Below the pieces are notes generated by a model. The model was not told the origin of the DNA, ran no database searches, and saw nothing but the letters and a program-made list of their open reading frames with translations. A DNA stretch of 64,000 nt from an uncultured Ignavibacteriales bacterium (GTDB taxonomy: Bacteria; Bacteroidota; Ignavibacteria; Ignavibacteriales; Ignavibacteriaceae). The stretch lies in assembly GCA_963834015.1 (NCBI GenBank), contig CAWIAG010000004.1, forward strand, positions 1,749,926 to 1,813,925, read 5' to 3'. The first letter of the stretch is position 1; every line of letters begins with the position of its first letter. Of this stretch, positions 1 through 8,945 are shown one piece after another. Position numbers and translations under genes: made by a program.

Positions 1-2
1 GG

Positions 3-1157
3 GGCTCATGGGCTCCCGTGCTGGCGGCATACCTGCAGAATGAACTTGGATTCAGCGGGGTTCAGGTCGGTGTTATTTATAGTTTACTACCTCTGGCAAC
101 AATTATATCGCCTTTTATCGGCGGACAGATTGCCGACCGGTATTTTTCTTCGGAAAAAGTTATTTCTGCCCTGCAATTGTGCGGCGGCGTTTTACTTCTT
201 TTTATTTCCCGCATTACGGATTATTCAACTATGATGTGGCTGATGACGCTTTACTGTTTATTGTATGCTCCTACATTAGCCCTTACAAATTCAATAGCAT
301 TTATAAATCTGAAAGATTCCGAAAAAGATTTTGGAGTGATCAGGGTTTGGGGAACAATCGGATGGATAGCTGCCGGATGGGCTTTAACAGGCTGGAGGGT
401 TTGGTTCAAAACTCCTAATGCAGCCGGGTTCGGCGGCGACCTTTTATTTCTTGCGGGAATTTTTTCTGTAATAATGGGATTGACGTCATTCTCATTGCCG
501 CATACTCCTCCTAAAAAGGAAATTACAAGTCCGTGGGCTTTTGTTGAAGCTTTTAAAATGATGAGGAACAAAAACTTCCTGATCTTTATAATTATATCCT
601 TCGTTGTAGCAACGGAACTGATGTTTTATTACCAGCTTACTTCGCCGTTCTTAGAATCTGCCCGTATTGGGCTTTCCCCGCAAAGTGTGCCGGCAGTTAT
701 GACAATAGCCCAGATGGCGGAGATTTTTGTGATGGCTTTTCTTCTGCCGCGCTTTATTAAAAAATACGGAGTAAGAAACGTGCTCGTTATCGGCGTGCTT
801 GCATGGCCGGTAAGGTATATTATTTTTGCTATCGGAACTCCCGCCTGGCTTGTGATTGCTTCCCTGGCGCTTCACGGTTTCTGCTTCGTCTTTTTCTTTA
901 CGGCGGCATTTATATACGTCGATACAGTTGCACCGCCCGGTATCCGGCACTCTGCCCAGAGCTTAATAACTTTTGCGACTTATGGAATAGGAAATTATGC
1001 GGGCGCTTTTTTTGCAGGATGGATACAGGATTATTTTACTTCTGCCGGATCGGTAAATTGGACGGGCGTTTTTCTTGTGCCGTGTGCATTGACAATTTTG
1101 TGCGCATTGGCTTTTTTGTTTTTCTTTAAAGTTGATAAATCCGTAATTAAAGTTTAA
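3..1157 (+). CDS. MFS transporter, nucleoside:H+ symporter (NupG/XapB-like) family; 5' end runs off the window
   Basis: The frame is open from nt 3 (the ORF track starts it at GTG 18). It is multi-TM and hydrophobic throughout. IRVWGTIGWIAAGW and YAPTLALTNSIAF resemble the E. coli NupG segments IRIWGTIGFI and YMPTLGLINTISY, as I recall them. Confidence 0.75.
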   Translation, partial: GSWAPVLAAYLQNELGFSGVQVGVIYSLLPLATIISPFIGGQIADRYFSSEKVISALQLCGGVLLLFISRITDYSTMMWLMTLYCLLYAPTLALTNSIAFINLKDSEKDFGVIRVWGTIGWIAAGWALTGWRVWFKTPNAAGFGGDLLFLAGIFSVIMGLTSFSLPHTPPKKEITSPWAFVEAFKMMRNKNFLIFIIISFVVATELMFYYQLTSPFLESARIGLSPQSVPAVMTIAQMAEIFVMAFLLPRFIKKYGVRNVLVIGVLAWPVRYIIFAIGTPAWLVIASLALHGFCFVFFFTAAFIYVDTVAPPGIRHSAQSLITFATYGIGNYAGAFFAGWIQDYFTSAGSVNWTGVFLVPCALTILCALAFLFFFKVDKSVIKV

Positions 1158-1191
1158 ATATTTTTTGTGGCTCGCTTAACAGGAAAGAATT

Positions 1192-2439
1192 ATGAATAAA
1201 AAAAGAATTGGCGTCGGGATTATCGGCGCAGGCTTCAATGCCAGGTTTCATATTAAATCATGGGTGTCTGTCAGGGATGCGGATATTTTAGGGATATATG
1301 ACAGGAACCCGGAAACTGCTTCCGCCGCTGCAACGCTTGCAAAAAACCTGCGGGTGGGCGAGGCAAAAGTTTTTAAGTCGATTACTGATATGGCCGCCGA
1401 TCCGGGTATTGATGCGCTTTGGATTTGTTCGCCTAATTTTACACGCATAGAAGTGATGGAAGAAATTACTAATGCGGTTTTAACAGGTAAAGCTGATCTT
1501 ACCGGTATCTGCTGCGAAAAGCCTTTGGGAAGAAATGCAGCGGAAGCAGGAAAGATGCTTGAGCTTGTTCAAAAAACGAAACTGCTGGACGGGTATCTTG
1601 AAAACCAGCTTTTTTCTCCCGCAATTATCCGCGGCAGGGAAATTATCTGGGCAAGAGGCGCACGGTTCGCAGGCCGTCCCTACCTGGCAAGAGCGGCTGA
1701 GGAACACAGCGGCCCGCACAAACCATGGTTCTGGGAGGGAGAATTGCAGGGCGGCGGAGTTCTGAATGATATGATGTGCCATTCTGTTGAGGTTGCCAGG
1801 TTTTTATTAACGGAACCCGGTAAACCAAGGAATTCAATTACCCCGGTTAGTGTTTCCGCCCATGCAGAATGTTTAAAATGGCAGAGGCCCGGGTATGCCG
1901 AAATCCTTGCAAAAAATAGTAACGGTACAACAGATTATATAAACCGTCCGGCAGAAGATTATGCGCATGCTCTTGTTGAGTATAAGGATGAGAACGGGAA
2001 AAAACTTATCGTCGAAGCCACAACCTCATGGGCGTTTGTGGGTGCAGGTTTACGGCTGAGTATGGAATTGCTCGGGCCCGAATACTCGATGGCTGTGAAT
2101 ACTTTGGATTCGGATCTTAAACTTTTCCTGAGCAGAAATATCAAAGCGGATGCGGGTGAAGATTTAATTGAAAAGCAGAATGCGGAAAGCGGACTTATGC
2201 CCGTTGTTAGCAATGAAGAGAATACTTACGGATACGATCTTGAAAACAGGCACATGGTAAAATCATTTATTGAGGGTGTAAGGCCAAGCGAAAACTTTAG
2301 CGACGGCTTTAATGTAACGCAGCTTCTGATGACGGCATATATGAGCGCCGAACAGGGTAAAACTATCCCGTTCCCTCATCCGGATCTCCAAACTTTTATC
2401 CCTCTTGTTGCCAAAGGTAAATGGAATCCCGGGAAATGA
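1192..2439 (+). CDS. Gfo/Idh/MocA family oxidoreductase (cytoplasmic form)
   Basis: N-terminal Rossmann motif IGVGIIGAGFNARFH and the CEKPL motif typical of the family. No signal peptide. An SD-like aggaaag precedes the ATG. Confidence 0.85.
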   Translation: MNKKRIGVGIIGAGFNARFHIKSWVSVRDADILGIYDRNPETASAAATLAKNLRVGEAKVFKSITDMAADPGIDALWICSPNFTRIEVMEEITNAVLTGKADLTGICCEKPLGRNAAEAGKMLELVQKTKLLDGYLENQLFSPAIIRGREIIWARGARFAGRPYLARAAEEHSGPHKPWFWEGELQGGGVLNDMMCHSVEVARFLLTEPGKPRNSITPVSVSAHAECLKWQRPGYAEILAKNSNGTTDYINRPAEDYAHALVEYKDENGKKLIVEATTSWAFVGAGLRLSMELLGPEYSMAVNTLDSDLKLFLSRNIKADAGEDLIEKQNAESGLMPVVSNEENTYGYDLENRHMVKSFIEGVRPSENFSDGFNVTQLLMTAYMSAEQGKTIPFPHPDLQTFIPLVAKGKWNPGK

Positions 2440-2443
2440 ATAA

Positions 2444-2551
2444 TGCGAATTAACACGAATTAGGTTAATACGAATTTACACGAATTATCATTACGAATTT
2501 CCACGAATTATCATTACGAATTTCCACGAATTAGGACGAATTCACGCGAAG
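2444..2551 (+). repeat. Periodic array of about 9-10 units ending in (a/g)cgaatt, spaced 10-15 bp (array A)
   Basis: Read directly: gcgaatt, then acgaatt eight times, then a degenerate gcgaag. It starts 5 nt after the stop codon of the upstream gene. Confidence 0.9.
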
Positions 2552-2700
2552 TATCAGTAGGTGTATATTAAATTAGAGCTTTCATAAAAAATGAAATACA
2601 TTCTTAAAAAGTCCCCTCTTGGGAGGGGTGCAGGGGTGGGTCGAAGCGATTATATTTATAAAACCTCTGCAATTATTTTTATTCGTATAATGAATATACT

Positions 2701-3010
2701 GTAATGTTAGTAGGTACCCATATAAGCAGAACAATTACAAGAAATAAAAACATTACAGGTACATAATTTATCGACATGTAGAGAAGGGGCATGCCCTCCC
2801 GATAAGAAATTGGGACAGGCTGTCTTTACGATGCAATGTGTAATGTTGGAAGGCTCCCATAAAGCAGAACTTTTATAAAATATTTAACACACTACAAACG
2901 AAGTTAATACAATCTAATGTGAATTTTGTTCTAAGTCCCAGCGGGACGAAATATTTATAGCATAACAAACCCCAACAAACCTTTTCCTGAATCCCGGAGG
3001 GATGACATAA
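2701..3010 (+). repeat. Mosaic cluster of short hairpin modules, in the order X'-Y-X-Z
   Basis: X' 2701-2748, Y 2749-2833, X 2841-2880, Z 2934-3010. Each has a reverse-complement counterpart at 6451-6680, and Y has one at 9444-9511. Stems taatgtt..aacatta, gtccc-agc-gggac and atccc-gga-gggat are visible. Confidence 0.8.
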
Positions 3011-3106
3011 TAACGGATAAGTACCATGTCTACGCCTAATTATTCACAATGCCGCTTAATAAAATTCTTAATATCCGCGTAACTTAAATGAATTATTAAG
3101 TGTACA

Positions 3107-3304
3107 TTATTCAATCTTAATTTTCTTCTTAAAATCTTCTTCAGATATATTGGAATCTTGTTTCCTGTCTTCTATGATTTTAATACATTCATTGTCTTCA
3201 ATTATCTCAAGCATCTCTTTGTACACTTTATAATCAACAAGAACACTCTTAGGCTTGCCGCTTTTATTATAAAATATTTTCTCTCTGGTTTTTAACTCGA
3301 TCAT
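3107..3304 (-). CDS. Small antitoxin-like protein (Phd/YefM- or RelB-like), apparently orphan
   Basis: 65 aa. KPKSVLVDYKVYKEMLEIIEDNECIKIIEDRK resembles the N-terminal strand plus acidic helix of type II antitoxins. No intact toxin ORF lies downstream. Confidence 0.45.
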   Translation of the reverse strand: MIELKTREKIFYNKSGKPKSVLVDYKVYKEMLEIIEDNECIKIIEDRKQDSNISEEDFKKKIKIE

Positions 3305-3420
3305 TTTATGTCTCCTGAACTATCGGAAAAAATAATTTATTTAACCTCAAAATCAAATTATATCAATGCTATAAGCATTATGATCATAACAATCCTGAAT
3401 AACTTAAAAATAATTCTGTG

Positions 3421-3556
3421 ATTGAATTACAATGAATGACAACCGAATGACCATCGAATTACAACGAATGACCATCGAATTACAATGAATGACCATCGAA
3501 TGACAACGATTGACCATTGAATGACCATGATTAACCATCGAATGACCATGAATTAT
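3421..3556. repeat. Array of about 12 units with a 10-11 bp period, gaatgaccatc / gaattacaac (array B)
   Basis: Read directly: gaatgacaacc gaatgaccatc gaattacaac gaatgaccatc gaattacaat gaatgaccatc gaatgacaac gattgaccatt gaatgaccat gattaaccatc gaatgaccat gaatt. It lies about 50 nt past the 3' end of the GH30 gene. Confidence 0.9.
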
Positions 3557-3608
3557 GGGCTACGCTTCAGGCAATCAATTCCCCGCAATTTATTTAAAAA
3601 TAAACTAT

Positions 3609-5072
3609 TTAATACACCAGAGTCTGTATTGCGTGCGGCGGAATAGTTACTGCCGCTTCTTTTAATCCGGCGTACAGGCTATAATGTATCTCATTGCCGC
3701 TTTGATTCATTACTACCGTTGCCATCTTACCATTTGGATTTAAAAATGATGCAGTCAGCAGGGCGCTCCTGTTTGAGACGGCGCTTACTCTTCGGGCTCC
3801 CGGGCGTATGAATTTTGAGAAGTGGCCGATATAAAAATAAGATGGTGTGTAAATTAAATTACCGGTTTTTATGTCTGCATGGACAGGTGCAAAACAATAG
3901 TTGCCCACATGATTAGGACCGCCGTTTTCATCAAGAAGAATATTCCAATCCGTCCAGCCGCATGTCCCGTTATTAAGATCATTAATCATTGAGCGGCCGT
4001 AACGCTCTGCATTAGGCCAATAAAAATATTTGGAGGAATCAAATTCTTCTACACAGCCTTCGGTAAATAATATGTTCTTGCAGGGATAATTCTCCCTTAC
4101 GTGTGCAATGTTATCAAACAGTGGCTCGCTGCCCGTCCACGTTTCATACCAGTGGAAACCAAGTCCCCATGCGTATTTTGCGGCGGCGGAATCGGAATAA
4201 ATTACATCAGCCCAATGATTTGCAAAATCCCTGTTATGATCCCAGATTATAATTTTTTTATCCCCAAGGCCGTGATTTTCCATTGCCGGGCCTAAATAGT
4301 TTTTCAGGAAGTCTCTTTCTTCTTCAGCGGTGTAATTACATGATTCAAAACTCTGTACTGCCAATGGTTCATTCTGAATGGTAATTCCCCAAACGGGAAT
4401 ACCCTCCGCCGCATAGGCTTTAATAAATTTTGTAAAGTAATCAGCCCATGATTGGTAGTATTCCGGTAAAAGTTTGCCGCCTTTTAACATGCTTTTATTG
4501 TCCTTCATAAATGCAGGCGGGCTCCACGGGCTGGCGAAGATTGAAATTTCTCCCCCCGCTTTTTCTATTGCCTGTTTGATCAAAGGAATGCGGAATTGTT
4601 TATCATGCTCAATATTAAAGGTTTTCAGTTCTTTATCTTTCGCAGTAACGTAGGTATAGCTCTCGCTGCTGAAATCGCAGCTATTAATGTTTGTACGCAT
4701 CAGTGAATAGCCAATGCCGTTCTGTTTATCGTAATAAGCATTTAATAGTTCCTGCTGTTTATCCGTGGGTAATTTTGCAAAGACTTCCGCAGCAGCATCT
4801 GTAACTGCGCCTCCTATACCAAGAATTTCCTGGAACTGTTTCCCGGGATTTACAAATACGGCGGTTTCAGTTTCAAGAGGCGGGCGAGCTTGTGTAAAAT
4901 CTAAAACGGAAGTTTTGGTAAGCCGTAAGTTTGTACTGTCCGCAGTTGTATAAACAATTATGTTTTCCCATTCGGCAGAGAATTGCTGCTGTGCAAAGAG
5001 CTGCTGAATAATTGATGAACACAGGATCAGCAGGAAAAGGGCCGGGAGAAGGTGGTAGGGGTGTTTTAACAT
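3609..5072 (-). CDS. Glycoside hydrolase family 30 (glucosylceramidase-like), secreted
   Basis: N-terminal signal peptide. GIGGAVTDAAAE, then WGITIQNEP (acid/base Glu context) and ILFTEGCVE (nucleophile Glu context), comparable to the GBA motifs ENEP and SEAC. Confidence 0.85.
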   Translation of the reverse strand: MLKHPYHLLPALFLLILCSSIIQQLFAQQQFSAEWENIIVYTTADSTNLRLTKTSVLDFTQARPPLETETAVFVNPGKQFQEILGIGGAVTDAAAEVFAKLPTDKQQELLNAYYDKQNGIGYSLMRTNINSCDFSSESYTYVTAKDKELKTFNIEHDKQFRIPLIKQAIEKAGGEISIFASPWSPPAFMKDNKSMLKGGKLLPEYYQSWADYFTKFIKAYAAEGIPVWGITIQNEPLAVQSFESCNYTAEEERDFLKNYLGPAMENHGLGDKKIIIWDHNRDFANHWADVIYSDSAAAKYAWGLGFHWYETWTGSEPLFDNIAHVRENYPCKNILFTEGCVEEFDSSKYFYWPNAERYGRSMINDLNNGTCGWTDWNILLDENGGPNHVGNYCFAPVHADIKTGNLIYTPSYFYIGHFSKFIRPGARRVSAVSNRSALLTASFLNPNGKMATVVMNQSGNEIHYSLYAGLKEAAVTIPPHAIQTLVY

Positions 5073-5103
5073 TGTTTAGCTTTCGTTATTGAATTAAATA
5101 ATA

Positions 5104-5205
5104 TGCGAACTAGAATTAATACGAATTTACAATAATACGAATTTCCACGAATTATCTTTACGAATTTTCACGAATTAGGACGAATTTACACGAAGTAGAT
5201 TATGT
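5104..5205 (+). repeat. acgaatt periodic array (array C)
   Basis: gcgaac, then acgaatt six times, then acgaag, with 10-14 bp spacing. It sits between the 3' end of brnA and the 5' end of the GH30 gene. Confidence 0.85.
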
Positions 5206-5318
5206 TCGGTGTAGAAGACGGGGCATGCCCTGTCTTTACGGGAGATACGTGAAAAAATTAAAGATGATATAACAATAAAAAATTAGTATGTGATGCAGCA
5301 GGTTGTTAAAGGAAGATA

Positions 5319-5528
5319 CTATCGCCAATGTATATTAGGTTTCCTGTTTTTTTCAGCGCATTCTCTTAGGTACATATTAATTAAATTTTGATAAGAGATA
5401 TCGGTTTCTGAAGCTAATTTTTTAAAATATTCCACCGTGTCATTCTCTATACGAATTGATATTTGCTTCTTGAGTTTCTTTATATAAGGATTACTAGACG
5501 ATTTTGAAAAATCATATTCTTTCTTCAT
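5319..5528 (-). CDS. brnA: BrnA antitoxin (CopG/RHH-like)
   Basis: MKKEYDFSKSSSNPYIKKLKKQISIRIENDTVEYFKKLASETDISYQNLINMYLRECA matches the BrnA pattern. I prefer the ATG at 5528, which leaves one unpaired nt (5529) between it and the brnT stop codon. The track ORF extends to 5630, and ATG 5543 is another possible start. Confidence 0.85.
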   Translation of the reverse strand: MKKEYDFSKSSSNPYIKKLKKQISIRIENDTVEYFKKLASETDISYQNLINMYLRECAEKNRKPNIHWR

Positions 5529-5529
5529 T

Positions 5530-5820
5530 TTATTTTGCCTCATCGTAATATTTACTTTCAGATTTTGTTGCTTTTCTTGCGGAAATAATCCGGATAATTT
5601 CATCATTCTCTTTATAATTATGCACCACAATAAGAAGATTTAAATTATTAGAAATACCTAAAATAATATATCGTTCTTCTTTGATTGAATGATCAGGATC
5701 AGATATAAGTCGTGCATTGCCATCAAAAAACACGGTCTTAGCTTCTTCAAAAGAAATTTTATGCTTTTTTATATTCGCAAGATTTTTATTTTGATTCCAT
5801 TGGAAACGAATATTATCCAT
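5530..5820 (-). CDS. brnT: BrnT toxin (DUF497 ribonuclease toxin)
   Basis: FQWNQNKNLANIKKHKISFEEAKTVFFD ... IRIISARKATKSE is the canonical BrnT/DUF497 pattern. The toxin-first gene order is typical of brnTA. Confidence 0.9.
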   Translation of the reverse strand: MDNIRFQWNQNKNLANIKKHKISFEEAKTVFFDGNARLISDPDHSIKEERYIILGISNNLNLLIVVHNYKENDEIIRIISARKATKSESKYYDEAK

Positions 5821-6263
5821 AATGATAATATAATGATATTATAATTATCTACAAAATTCTTATAAAAGGAAATTTATAGAATATGAATTCGCGTTAATGC
5901 AAATTTACACGAATAAGGACGAACCTGCATGCCGGCAGGCAGGTTTGAGCAAAGGGAAGAGGAGTGCTTGTCCCAAAGTGCTGAAATGTTTGATGATGGA
6001 TAAAATGGCGTACAATGAGTGATTCATTTCAACAGCAATTCGATCCGCCGTTCTCCAGCCTCCGGTCTCCGTTCTGCTGTCTCCGGTCTCCTCTTTATTT
6101 ACAAACAATATTAAAAATAAATAAATAAATTACACTGCTAATTGCCCTGCGATTATTCAAATTTAAAAACTCTGGTAAAAAAATCAGGAGATTTTAAAAA
6201 TTAAAATATTTAAATTTGCACCCGTGTTATTTACATTAAAATATATGCTAACGATTTCTTGTC

Positions 6264-6320
6264 CATTCGTGAAAATTCGTCCTAATTCGTGAAAATTCGT
6301 ATTAATATAAATTCGTATTC
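6264..6320 (-). repeat. acgaatt periodic array in inverted orientation (array E)
   Basis: On the + strand: cattcgt, then aattcgt four times, spaced 10-17 bp. Confidence 0.8.
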
Positions 6321-6450
6321 CTTTTAAGGAAATTATATCTTTGACATTCTGTTTGACGTATTGAAATACATACGGTGAAGTGTCTTGAATAAATTTTTAT
6401 ATGGGAAATCTGTTTTATTTTTTGCGGCCTACCGATAATTTTACATCTTA

Positions 6451-6680
6451 CATCGTAAAGACAGCCTGCCTATCCCACTTGCCCCGCAGAGTCGGTGGCC
6501 CCGTCTCTACAAAGTGATAAATTATGTACATGTAATGTTTATCATTATTTATAAAAGTTCTTATTTTATGGGAGCCTTCCAACATTATACTTAAGTCCTA
6601 TGTCACCCCGCCGGGGTTCAGGAGAAGGTTTGTTGGTGAGATTTTTTTGCTATAAACATTTCACCCCTCCGGGGTTTGGA
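6451..6680 (-). repeat. Mosaic hairpin-module cluster: reverse complements of modules Y, X and Z
   Basis: rc(Y) 6451-6541, rc(X) 6545-6588, rc(Z) 6596-6680. By-eye alignment to 2749-3010 gives roughly three quarters identity. A more degenerate Z-like copy follows at about 6860-6990. Confidence 0.8.
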
Positions 6681-7357
6681 TATCGTTAATTCAGGTTTGT
6701 GAAATAAGGAGGGAAATAATTATCAATGTTATTGCTAACATTACAATTTTAAGGTAGCTGAATAACGGCAGAGCCGTGAAATGCTGGTAGAATTAAAAGG
6801 AAAAGACAAACACAAGTTAGCATCGTAGATGCGGCATGGTGAATTTGATTACGAAACACCTGTCACCGGAATGCGGTTTAGGAAAGGTTTGATTAGGAAT
6901 TATTGCTACACCCATGCCGTCCAGATTGGACTTAGCGCAACGGATCCGGTTAATGAATCGCTGCATTTCGGAGTGAGTTCTCAGCCCTTTTTAGGCGAAA
7001 AAATTACCAGGATTTTATTAAATTTTAAATTTTAAAAAAACTCATGTTAGCTCCAATAGCATAAACTCTTGATTTTATTAACTTTAAATTTTTATTTTCC
7101 TTGAGCTAAGCTGGATTAAATGATTTGTTTTTAATAAGTTAAATGATTTAACACCTCTTGTTTTTTTTCGCTTTTTTAAAGGTTAAATCCTTTGTATTCA
7201 ATAACTTAATTGATTTTTTAGTGTCAATTTAGGCCCTTTTTATGATATCATTTTGGCATTTTTGGTGTTATTTCCCGTCATATTATGATATTTTTATCTG
7301 TATATATTATAAGGGTTTAGCAAACAGCATAAACCGGAAATTCAAAAAAATAATCCA

Positions 7358-8218
7358 ATGTTAATGAATCAAAATATTCAGGAAATAATCGGACAAAGAT
7401 ATTCATGCCGTTTTTACAACCATGAACCTATTCAGAAAGTGCATCAGCAGGAACTCAGAAAGTTCCTGGAGACTCTGCACACCGGCCCTTTGGGAACACA
7501 TGTTCGTCTTGAACTTGCCGCCGCTGAACCGGAAGAGAGACAATCTTTAAAAGGACTAGGCACATACGGCGTTATCAGGAATCCTGCAGGTTTTATTATA
7601 GGTACGGTAGAACAGGCGCCAGGGGACCTTGAAGATTACGGATACGTTCTTGAGCATGCAATTCTTACAGCTACCGGTATTGGTTTAGGTACCTGCTGGC
7701 TTGGCGGCCCTATTACAAAAAGCAGTTTTGCAAAAAAAATTTCTTTACGGGATAATGAAACAATGCCTGCCGTAGCTGCCGCAGGATATATCGAAGAGAG
7801 AAAAGGAAAAGACGGTGAGATTATTAACTACAGAAGACCGGCCCGCTTGCCTTCAGAACAGTTATTCTTCGCTGATGCATTCGGCAGTGCGTTAATTATG
7901 GAAACTGCAGGCGAATATTCGCAGCCTCTTGAAATGGTCCGTATAGCCCCGTCAGCTTCCAACAAACAGCCGTGGAGAATTGTCAGGATAAATAATGCGT
8001 GGCATTTTTTTCTTCGGCGGACAAGAGGGTACGGCAAAGGGACAGTGTTATTCAGAATTCTCAGGCTCGCCGATCTCCAGCGTGTTGATATGGGTATTGC
8101 CATGTGCCATTTTGAACTCACCGCCCGTGAGCTTGGATTAAACGGCGTTTGGGTTATCGATGATCCAAAAATTCAAATGCCCGGAGGAACGGAATACACG
8201 GCAACGTGGAAAGTTTAA
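7358..8218 (+). CDS. Nitroreductase-family protein
   Basis: RYSCRFY near the N-terminus and RIAPSASNKQPWRIV are typical of the nitroreductase fold. Confidence 0.75.
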   Translation: MLMNQNIQEIIGQRYSCRFYNHEPIQKVHQQELRKFLETLHTGPLGTHVRLELAAAEPEERQSLKGLGTYGVIRNPAGFIIGTVEQAPGDLEDYGYVLEHAILTATGIGLGTCWLGGPITKSSFAKKISLRDNETMPAVAAAGYIEERKGKDGEIINYRRPARLPSEQLFFADAFGSALIMETAGEYSQPLEMVRIAPSASNKQPWRIVRINNAWHFFLRRTRGYGKGTVLFRILRLADLQRVDMGIAMCHFELTARELGLNGVWVIDDPKIQMPGGTEYTATWKV

Positions 8219-8220
8219 GT

Positions 8221-8260
8221 GCGGATTCACACGATTTGTTAATACGAATTTGCATTAATC
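8221..8260 (+). repeat. Short acgaatt-type array (array F)
   Basis: gcggattcacacgatttgttaatacgaatttgcattaatc begins 3 nt after the stop codon, in the same position as array A. Confidence 0.6.
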
Positions 8261-8336
8261 TTTTCCAGGTATTATTTTACGGCTACAAAAGTAGCCATAT
8301 GGTTACAATAGTATCCATAAACAAAACTGATGAAAA

Positions 8337-8945
8337 ATGATTGTTAACAAATTATTAGAAAAATTATTTAGTGCGCCAAGTAATATTTCTGTAATCAGGG
8401 TGCTGAATGAGAGAGTTACGGGAATAACAGGCAGAGAGACTGCAAGGCTTACCAATCTTACACATCGTTCGGCTCTAAAAGCCCTTACTAATCTGGAAGA
8501 GCTTGGCGTTGTATCTCGCATAACAGGCGGTAGAGATCATATATTTACTCTTAACAGGCAGAAATATATTTCTAAAGAGATCATCTACCCGATTTTTGAA
8601 GCTGAAAAAAAATTTAATACAGCTATCAGATCTTCTTTAAAAAAACAATTATCAAAGTTAACTGATAGCATTATTGTATATGGTAGCGTTGCCCGTAAGG
8701 AAGAAACAATATCAAGTGATTATGATGTCTGCATTGTTTATAACGGGCATTTAAATGATATTGAAAATATTGTCTTAAAACTAAGGGACCGGCTTCATGA
8801 CCAATATTCAATTCAACTTGCTCCGATTTATATCAGAACCGCCGAATTTAAAAAACGTGCACGTAAAAAACTACCCCCGGTGAATGATATAGTTAATGAA
8901 GGAGTGGTAATAAGCGGTAAATCAATTCATAAGCTTCTGCAATGA
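8337..8945 (+). CDS. Winged-HTH plus minimal nucleotidyltransferase (MNT-like antitoxin candidate)
   Basis: N-terminal wHTH-like segment (ETARLTNLTHRSALKALTNLEELGVVSR). The NTase motif is YGSVARKEETISSDYDVCIVY (GS..R...DxD). Confidence 0.7.
   Translation: MIVNKLLEKLFSAPSNISVIRVLNERVTGITGRETARLTNLTHRSALKALTNLEELGVVSRITGGRDHIFTLNRQKYISKEIIYPIFEAEKKFNTAIRSSLKKQLSKLTDSIIVYGSVARKEETISSDYDVCIVYNGHLNDIENIVLKLRDRLHDQYSIQLAPIYIRTAEFKKRARKKLPPVNDIVNEGVVISGKSIHKLLQ

Noticed and set aside
2444-2551. Possible CRISPR array (regularly spaced repeats). The same question applies to 3421-3556 and 5104-5205.
   Set aside because: The period is only 10-15 bp, with no unique spacers of 25-40 bp and no repeats of CRISPR length. 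No cas genes are present in the window.
5905-6108. Track ORFs lying in repeat DNA (5905-6108, 6829-7035, 15429-15626, 41205-41423).
   Set aside because: They run through repeat modules or hairpins (tctccggtctcc repeats, module Z copies, the tcattaaca hairpin, the GC hairpin). Their peptides are the typical spurious translations of those repeats.
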